NCBI GenBank assembly: GCA_964582975.1
Contig: CAZOUO010000001.1
Span: 1-59,069 of the forward strand
Reading direction: 5' to 3'
Length of the DNA stretch: 59,069 bases
DNA from: an uncultured Thermotogae bacterium
GTDB taxonomy: Bacteria; Bipolaricaulota; Bipolaricaulia; UBA7950; UBA9294
Positions 53,054-59,069 of the stretch are shown piece after piece. Positions within the stretch are counted from its first letter, which is position 1. Each line of letters begins with the position of its first letter. The position numbers and the translations under genes are program-made. The notes beneath the pieces are model-generated. The model was not told the origin of the DNA and made no database searches. It worked only from the letters and a program-made list of their open reading frames with translations.

Positions 53054-54082
53054 CTATTGGAGAGGCAATGCAACCTTCCGATTCTCGTCGATCGACTTTT
53101 CGGCTGCGATGGCAACTTCTAGCGACCGTTTCCCATCGGTTCCCCCTACACACGGTTCCCGACCGGTCTCTAAACATTCTACAAAATGGGCCATCTCGGT
53201 CTGCACTGCGCCAACCAATCGCCCCTCCACTTCGTTCCAAAGTCGCGTGATGGGAAAGGTCCAGCCACTGGGGTTCACTGCCATGACGTTCATCGGAACG
53301 AAGTCGAGAGCATAGTGCCCCTTGGTTCCGATGACGTGCATCTTCGCATCGCCCCAGGCGTTTTCAGGAAGTCCCCAGCCAGTCTCCGCGACGCCCAAAC
53401 CGCCGTCTTCGAATTCGAACATCATCCACGAGAAGTCCCACGTGCTTAGTTCCTCCTGAACCAGTCCCCGGACGGCTCTTGCATAAACAGAGGTTACTGG
53501 GACCCCGGGGTTATATGAGAGGATCTGATCGATGTCGTGGACAGCGATGTAATTTGTAACACTGGTCCGGCCACCCAGCCGTCTTGCTTCATCGATAGTT
53601 CCATTACGGCGAGCGTAGGCGACTCTGAATGTCCCTATCTGGCCGTCTTCGATTGCCTTCCGTATCGCAATGTAGGCCGGCTCAAAGCGGAGGATATAGC
53701 CGATCATGAGTTTTCGTTTCGCCTGTTCGCAAGTGGAAATGATTCGATCAGCCTCTTCGAGAGTCCGGGCGATCGGCTTCTCTAGAAAAATGTGACAGCC
53801 TGCATCCACCGCCTTGATTACCGGGTCAACGTGTAGGGGTTCTGGAGTAGCAATGATGACTGCATCCAGCGTCTCCTTGCTTAACATCTCGTTGTAGTCC
53901 AGATAAAGGCGAGCCCCAAGCTCATCGGGCGACCGGAACAGCCGAAGCCCAACAGCGCTCCGCTCTACGTATCCAGCCGGATCAGCAATCGCAGCCACCT
54001 CTACATTCGGAAGCTCCGCGGCCACCCGGCCCAGCAGTTGTCCCATCCAGCCGTACCCGATCACACCAAGCTTCTTGCTCAT
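53054..54082 (-). CDS. Gfo/Idh/MocA family NAD(P)-dependent oxidoreductase
   Basis: 342 aa with the Rossmann N-terminus MSKKLGVIGYGWMGQ and an EKP motif (HIFLEKPIA). Confidence 0.85.
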   Translation of the reverse strand: MSKKLGVIGYGWMGQLLGRVAAELPNVEVAAIADPAGYVERSAVGLRLFRSPDELGARLYLDYNEMLSKETLDAVIIATPEPLHVDPVIKAVDAGCHIFLEKPIARTLEEADRIISTCEQAKRKLMIGYILRFEPAYIAIRKAIEDGQIGTFRVAYARRNGTIDEARRLGGRTSVTNYIAVHDIDQILSYNPGVPVTSVYARAVRGLVQEELSTWDFSWMMFEFEDGGLGVAETGWGLPENAWGDAKMHVIGTKGHYALDFVPMNVMAVNPSGWTFPITRLWNEVEGRLVGAVQTEMAHFVECLETGREPCVGGTDGKRSLEVAIAAEKSIDENRKVALPLQ

Positions 54083-54390
54083 TTTGCCTCCCTACGTGTT
54101 GGTAATCGCGTTGCTTTCAAGCACCTCGTATCTCTTGGCAATTCACGCCAAGGCAACCGAGCCATCGCGTTTACAGAAAAAAAGACCTCGGCATCCCTGA
54201 GCCTCGGTTTTTGTCTCGTTGAACGCAGAACACCACTGGAGAAAAATTCTTCCAAAGGGACCCCCGTTCTTAGCCGTACTCTTCCCAGCCTTCTCCTCAT
54301 GCGGTAAGCTGTAAGACATCTTAGCATTCTTGAAAGAGATTGTCAATCACGTTCTATTCCCTACCATTGGCAGAGCGATCGTCACTCTGG

Positions 54391-54418
54391 TTGACCCCTG
54401 ATCAGCTTTCAATACAAT
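54391..54418 (+). promoter_or_regulatory. Sigma70-type promoter upstream of the OYE gene
   Basis: TTGACC (54391-54396), a 16-nt spacer, then TACAAT (54413-54418). GAGGAGG is the SD before the ATG at 54467. Confidence 0.4.
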
Positions 54419-54466
54419 GTTATCGTTCAGAATATTTGCCCAATCGTCGTTGAGGAGGCGTCTTTC

Positions 54467-55603
54467 ATGATTTTTGATGAATGGCAGTTCGGTTCTGTGT
54501 CACTGAAAAATCGCATTATCCGCTCCGGGACGTCGGAGTTTGCTGCTGACCCTTCCGGATGCCCCAATGAAAATCTAGCAAGATTATATACAGATATGGC
54601 GCGCGGCAGGGCGGCCCTTATTGTCACAGGGTATGCGTTCGTTCGCGAAGATGGCCGCTCGGACACTGATCAAAACGCGATGCACAACGATGAACTAGTC
54701 TCGCACTGGCGTGCGATTATCGATACTGTTCACGCTGTTGACCGCGATTGCAAGATCGCCATGCAACTTGTGCACGGCGGCCGCCAGTGCAAACCAGATA
54801 GCGTCAAAGAGACTCTGGCTCCCTCTGCAATTCCTGATTCCAGGGCCGGCATTACGCCGCGTGCGATGACGGAAAGCGAAATCTGGGAGATGATCGATGC
54901 TTTTGGTGAGGCAGCTCGCCGCGCGAAGGAAGCTGGATTTGATGCGGTGCAACTCCACGCCGCGCACGGCTACCTCATTTCCCAGTTCAACTCGCCACAT
55001 ACGAATCGACGTAGGGATGCGTGGGGAGGAAGTGCATCGAAGCGCGCGCGTTTCTTTGTGGAGGTTTTTAAACGCTGTCGTCAGGAAGTGGGTAGCGCAT
55101 TTCCGATCTTCGCCAAAATGAATTGTACAGACTGCTTACCCACTGGAATCACGCCAGAAGAAGCGGGTGAGATCGGAGCTATCCTAGCTGATGAGGGACT
55201 TCAAGCGATCGAGCTCAGCGCGTGGATGTTCGAAGCACCACTAGAGATGACACCTTCTCGAAAGATTGATCCGAGGCCAAACGAGGAGGGGTACTTCCTG
55301 GAAGAAGCTCGTGTTGTCCGCGGAATTGTTCCGTCTCATACTCCAGTTGGCCTCTGTGGAGGGATTCGATCCCTTCAAACAATGAATCGTCTCCTTACTG
55401 AGGAGAGGTTGGACTTCTTGGCAATGTCTCGCCCATTTATTGCGGAACCAGACCTCGTCAAGCGACTCCAGAACGGACAGCCTCGCGTGGCGTGCGACTC
55501 TTGTAATGAATGCCTGGAGAGAGAACGTCATCCGATCGTGAATTGTCCGCCAATTCGCGAAGGTAGATTGTACGCACGCATCGGGCATTCAGAATGGACA
55601 TAG
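54467..55603 (+). CDS. NADH:flavin oxidoreductase (Old Yellow Enzyme family) with C-terminal Cys cluster
   Basis: 378 aa containing SLKNRIIRSGT and LHAAHGYLISQF (OYE motifs). The C-terminal CDSCNEC...C resembles the Fe-S motif of 2,4-dienoyl-CoA-reductase-type N-terminal modules. Confidence 0.85.
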   Translation: MIFDEWQFGSVSLKNRIIRSGTSEFAADPSGCPNENLARLYTDMARGRAALIVTGYAFVREDGRSDTDQNAMHNDELVSHWRAIIDTVHAVDRDCKIAMQLVHGGRQCKPDSVKETLAPSAIPDSRAGITPRAMTESEIWEMIDAFGEAARRAKEAGFDAVQLHAAHGYLISQFNSPHTNRRRDAWGGSASKRARFFVEVFKRCRQEVGSAFPIFAKMNCTDCLPTGITPEEAGEIGAILADEGLQAIELSAWMFEAPLEMTPSRKIDPRPNEEGYFLEEARVVRGIVPSHTPVGLCGGIRSLQTMNRLLTEERLDFLAMSRPFIAEPDLVKRLQNGQPRVACDSCNECLERERHPIVNCPPIREGRLYARIGHSEWT

Positions 55604-55720
55604 ACGAGACAGACAGATCTCGCGACATACCGTATGCATTGTTCTCCTTGGCACAAATCTAGCTTGCTCACAGAGAGAACGAATATTAACAACAACTAGA
55701 ATGTCCCACCTCAGAGCGTG

Positions 55721-56443
55721 TTACGATCCCTGGAATAATCGATCGATCTCATCGAAATGTCGCTCCATACACTCAATAGCAGAATCTGCGTCTTGATTCT
55801 CTATTGCCTCATAAAGATTTTGGTGAGTGTGACGGGTCTCCTCTATGTGGTTTGTACTGCCAACCAAAAGCTGTGTTTTCAAGCGAGGCCACAAACCTTG
55901 CTCCATGACTTTCAAGAGGGACTGCAGTATCCGCTCCAGAAGTGAGTTTTTGCTTGCCCTTCCGATGGCTTCGTGGAACTCTCGATCCGCTAATAGCAGA
56001 CTGTCGCAGTCTTTCTCCTTCACTGAAGCAATGATTCGGCTCAAGGCATCTTGCATCTGTACTAGATCCTCCGGAGTACGCCGTTCAATCGCATACTTCA
56101 CAAGATTTGTTTCCAGGGCCCGCCTCGCCTCAAGCGCCTCAAAAGGGTTCTCACCCTGTTCCAGGATCGAGAGGATGTCAGTCTCTGTAGAAAGTCCATC
56201 AGTATTGCCGCGCCAAACCGTCTTCACGTAAGTGCCATTACCAACCTTGGTTTCCAGAATGCCAACAAAACGAAGCACTCCGAGCGCTTCTCGAACGGAA
56301 GGTCGGCTGACTCCCGTCAACTCTGCAATCTCCGGTTCAGAGGGCAGCTTGTCTCCGATCCCATAGACGCCAGTGGCTATGGCGTGCAACACTTCCTCCA
56401 CTACGTGTGCCGATCGCTTCTTATGCTCTAGTTTTCTGAACAC
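55721..56443 (-). CDS. GntR family transcriptional regulator, FadR (FCD) subfamily
   Basis: 240 aa. The wHTH region is LPSEPEIAELTGVSRPSVREALGVLRFVGILETKVGNGTYV, followed by a helical FCD-like C-terminal domain. Confidence 0.85.
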   Translation of the reverse strand: MFRKLEHKKRSAHVVEEVLHAIATGVYGIGDKLPSEPEIAELTGVSRPSVREALGVLRFVGILETKVGNGTYVKTVWRGNTDGLSTETDILSILEQGENPFEALEARRALETNLVKYAIERRTPEDLVQMQDALSRIIASVKEKDCDSLLLADREFHEAIGRASKNSLLERILQSLLKVMEQGLWPRLKTQLLVGSTNHIEETRHTHQNLYEAIENQDADSAIECMERHFDEIDRLFQGS

Positions 56444-56652
56444 GATGGTTTTCAGCCTTCGCTAAGTTGTCATACATATTACATGCGGAGCGGTTCCTGT
56501 CAACAGACCTCCGAGCCGTTGAACTTATTTTACGTCCCTGCGTTCTGAAAAGTCTACTTTTACGCTCATTGCTTCAGCCCCTCTCTTGGCCAAATGGCAG
56601 CATTTCATTTTCCTATCGTCAAAGAATCTGGGATGGACACCTCGAGAAGATT

Positions 56653-57963
56653 CTAAAAAAATCCAAACTTGATGGCGAGGACAAGGGCGAGGCTACTGAA
56701 AAGGCAGGTGGCAAAAGCAATAGCGGTCCCGCTTTTGAACCATCGCTTGAAGGTGAGTGGCTCCTCCATGCTGTCGGAAATGGAGACAACAAAAACGTTC
56801 GCCGTCGCTCCAATTGGTGAGAAATTGCCGCCAAATCCCACCCCGAGGGCGAGGGCCCACCATAGAGGAGCAACAGGTACCGGAATACCGTGCCCAGCAA
56901 GGCCTTTCAAAATTGGCAACATCGCGATCGTAAACGGAACGTTATCGATGACGCCGGAAGCCAGCGCCCCCGCCCAGAAAACGCCGAGGACAGCGAGGAC
57001 CAGTCCGTGCCCAGTAAGCTGAGCAATTCCTCTACCAGCCAGCTGAAGCACCCCCCCGCCCTCCAGGCCGCCGACGATGATGAACAGGGCGATAAAAAAC
57101 AGGAGTACGTCCCAGTGAACATGATTGAGGATTTGTTCGAGCTTTGGTCTCACCCACAGAAGGCCAAGACATCCCCCGGTGAGGGCGACCAATCCCGGAT
57201 CAAAACCGATCCGATCGTGAACGAGAAACAGGAGGATCGTAAATCCCAGCACCTTCAACATCCGGCTGGTGGTAAGCGGATCGGTGATCGACCGCTGCTC
57301 ATCCATCGCCATGAGGTGATCGACGTTTGTCGGCTTGCGGGCCAGACTGCGGCGGAAGATGAAAAGGAGGAGCCCCTGAGCGAGCAGCCAAGCCACAACA
57401 ACGATCGGGGCGAGATGGGTCAGAAAGTCGGTGAAGCTAAAACCCGCAGCGGAGCCGATCAGGATGTTCGGCGGATCGCCGATCAGGGTGGCCACGCCGC
57501 CGATGTTGGAGAGAAGGACCTCGCTCATTAAAAACGGCGTTAACGGAATTCCGAGGACATCCGCCAAGGAGACGGTCACCGGCACCATGATGATAATCGT
57601 CGTTACGTTGTCGAGGACCATCGAGACGAGACTGGTCACTAGGCCAAGGTACACGAGCAGAAGCCACGGTCTTCCGCGTGCAAGCTTGGCCGCCTTGATC
57701 GCGAGGTACTGAAAGAACCCGGTCTCCCGGAACAGGCCGACCACGATCATCATCCCAAACAGTAGGGAAATGGTGTTGAAGTCAATGGCCTCCACTGCCT
57801 GGTGGACGTCGTAGAAAGAGAGCCAGTGTCCAAACGCGATCATCAACACCGCGCCGGAAAGAGCGATGATCGTACGATGGATTTTTTCCGAGAGGATCCC
57901 CACATACGTGAGGGCAAACACTAGAAGCGATATTGCAAACGGTCCAACAGGTAAGTCTCCCAT
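56653..57963 (-). CDS. ArsB/NhaD superfamily (CitMHS/SLC13-like) anion transporter
   Basis: 436 aa with about 11-12 TM segments. The N-terminus FALTYVGILSEKIHRTIIAL is typical of ArsB/NhaD permeases. Confidence 0.8.
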   Translation of the reverse strand: MGDLPVGPFAISLLVFALTYVGILSEKIHRTIIALSGAVLMIAFGHWLSFYDVHQAVEAIDFNTISLLFGMMIVVGLFRETGFFQYLAIKAAKLARGRPWLLLVYLGLVTSLVSMVLDNVTTIIIMVPVTVSLADVLGIPLTPFLMSEVLLSNIGGVATLIGDPPNILIGSAAGFSFTDFLTHLAPIVVVAWLLAQGLLLFIFRRSLARKPTNVDHLMAMDEQRSITDPLTTSRMLKVLGFTILLFLVHDRIGFDPGLVALTGGCLGLLWVRPKLEQILNHVHWDVLLFFIALFIIVGGLEGGGVLQLAGRGIAQLTGHGLVLAVLGVFWAGALASGVIDNVPFTIAMLPILKGLAGHGIPVPVAPLWWALALGVGFGGNFSPIGATANVFVVSISDSMEEPLTFKRWFKSGTAIAFATCLFSSLALVLAIKFGFF

Positions 57964-58028
57964 TGAAGCCCTATCCTAAACTAAGGAACCACCGTGTGCA
58001 ACGGCAGGAGATCGGTTCCTTCGCGTCA

Positions 58029-58938
58029 CTACCTCATTTCAGGATCGGGCCGTTCCTCCAGGCTGACCGTTACCGTGAAGGTTCTTCCTTCTCGGAACAC
58101 GGTCAGCTCGATGGCATCCCCTACCTGCGTCTTTCCTTCCAAGTAGAGCGTTAAGTCGACGAAGTTGTTCACCGGGCTACCGTTGATGGCGAGAATAATG
58201 TCTCCACCAAGCGGAATCTCGAGCTCCCCGATCTGCTCGATTCGGCCACCGCCGCGAAGGCCGGCAGAAGCAACCGGGCCTTCAGGGTCCACCTCTACCA
58301 CAAGAATGCCGCGATCCAGAAGCACATCAAGATCCACCTCGCGAAACGCCTGGACGAGCTCGGGACTCAGTCCAAAGCCAGTAGTGGTCCCCCAGAGTTT
58401 CCAGGGTTGATCGCCGCTTCCGTCTGGATCGCCTCCCCAATGAAGCGGCCATCAGGGCTCTGGATCACGCGGCCAAGAGCACTGATCACGCCAAACGTCA
58501 ACTCACCGGCACGACGAGCTCGCCATGCCCAGAGGCACTGCACAAAGTCGAACGAGGAAGCGCGAGCAACTGCCAAGTTTAGGAGAGGCTATCGCTTGTC
58601 CAATACAGTGAGAGGACTACCGCGGGCTCCTATTGGAGTGGGCCCGGAGCCCGCGGCGGCACAAAGAGGTGCAGCAAGGAGGGCTGTGGTGGCTGTGGCA
58701 ACCGGCTTCTGGAGAGGCGCGTTGTGATCGACAAACGAACTTGGTTATGTCTTCGTGCTTCACTCAATGCGTGGGTTAGACAGCTTGAATCGTAAAGACA
58801 GAGACGAGGCTCGGAGTGCGCCAAGTGGTAATCTCGGAAGGCGTGTCCGCCGGTGAGCTGTCGTAGAGAGAAAGAATTGCAAAAAAACACTGGATCGCAA
58901 AAATCCGTTGCGACGACCTTCGGCAGTCCGGCGACCAT
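58029..58938 (-). pseudogene. Decayed HtrA/DegP-like serine protease gene (trypsin-like domain fragments plus PDZ domain)
   Basis: 58367..58576 encodes ...[38 protein letters not shown] (the active-site Ser motif). 58029..58337 encodes a PDZ domain (GILVVEVDPEGPVASAGLRGGD-like) in another frame. About 60 aa normally found between them are missing. An upstream fragment ([12 protein letters not shown]) is in yet another frame. A strong SD plus ATG at 58938 may mark the original start. Confidence 0.45.
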
Positions 58939-59069
58939 GGGAAACCTCCCTTAGGCCCGTAACTTTGCGTCCCCAGCTTTCACTAGGTTTACCATTATCG
59001 GGTATAAATCGAACCCTAGTGTCACGTCTGGTTAATCTCTTGACAATGGATGCGGATCGTGCTACGGTG

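Noticed and set aside
54170-54215. A-run / CCTCGG...CCTCGG / T-run element in the divergent region upstream of the Gfo/Idh/MocA and OYE genes, seen as a bidirectional terminator or sRNA end.
   Set aside because: The two CCTCGG copies are direct repeats, not inverted. Only a weak 5-bp stem with a G-U pair can be drawn, so a terminator call is not supported.
58630-58938. 102-aa ORF treated as an independent gene.
   Set aside because: It has no recognisable family features and lies in the region where the N-terminal half of the decayed HtrA-like gene should be. It is treated as part of the pseudogene.
1-59069. Scan for CRISPR arrays, tRNA/rRNA genes, transposases, integrases and prophage genes.
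   Set aside because: I saw no regularly spaced direct repeats, no tRNA-like T-arm consensus (GGTTCGAATCC-type), no rRNA-like stretches, and no ORF with transposase, integrase or phage structural motifs. The absence is based on visual inspection only.

Overview
59-kb chromosomal segment of a moderately GC-rich bacterium (mid to upper 50s % GC, judged by eye). It holds about 55 protein genes, mostly on the minus strand and many translationally coupled by ATGA/TAATG overlaps. I found no rRNA, tRNA, CRISPR array, transposase or integrase. Left to right: (1) a secreted DUF3857-like protein and a Dpp/Opp-type importer (SBP plus 2 permeases, no ATPases). (2) Miscellaneous small genes: C39-like peptidase, PAT-type GNAT, prenyltransferase-like toroid protein, Nim/PNPOx, and a DUF3795/Cys-rich membrane protein/anchored hydrolase operon. 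(3) lysW plus a homocitrate-synthase-like gene, preceded by an unusual ~450-nt leader that contains two duplicated short-ORF/terminator modules. (4) Secreted PKD-domain proteins, an ArsR/ArsP-like pair and a Zn-ADH. (5) An accessory stretch (18.6-23.9 kb) with RelE/Phd, a PflA-type radical SAM gene, a lower-GC ~2-kb islet encoding a Dph6-like PP-loop ATPase and a standalone SIR2-like protein, a Gly-rich membrane protein, and HicB with only a remnant of hicA. (6) Housekeeping-type genes: HAD, Bcp, ATP-cone kinase, DRG-type GTPase, and a PriA whose helicase motifs are ablated. (7) A ~22-kb single-strand catabolic supercluster: GlcDE fusion, GlcF, LctBCD-like EtfBA/FAD oxidase, ADP-forming acyl-CoA synthetase, DRE-TIM enzyme, two aminotransferases, MlrC/M81 peptidase, creatininase-family hydrolase, aldehyde:ferredoxin oxidoreductase, a second Dpp-type importer, and a Gfo/Idh/MocA dehydrogenase. 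(8) An OYE flavoenzyme, a GntR/FadR regulator, an ArsB/NhaD-type transporter and a decayed HtrA-like gene. The gene content (LysW pathway, AOR, ACD, Etf-linked oxidases) suggests a thermophilic or anaerobic Chloroflexota/Bipolaricaulota/Deinococcota-like lineage, but that is inference only. All functional calls rest on my recognition of motifs in the supplied translations. No database search was run.
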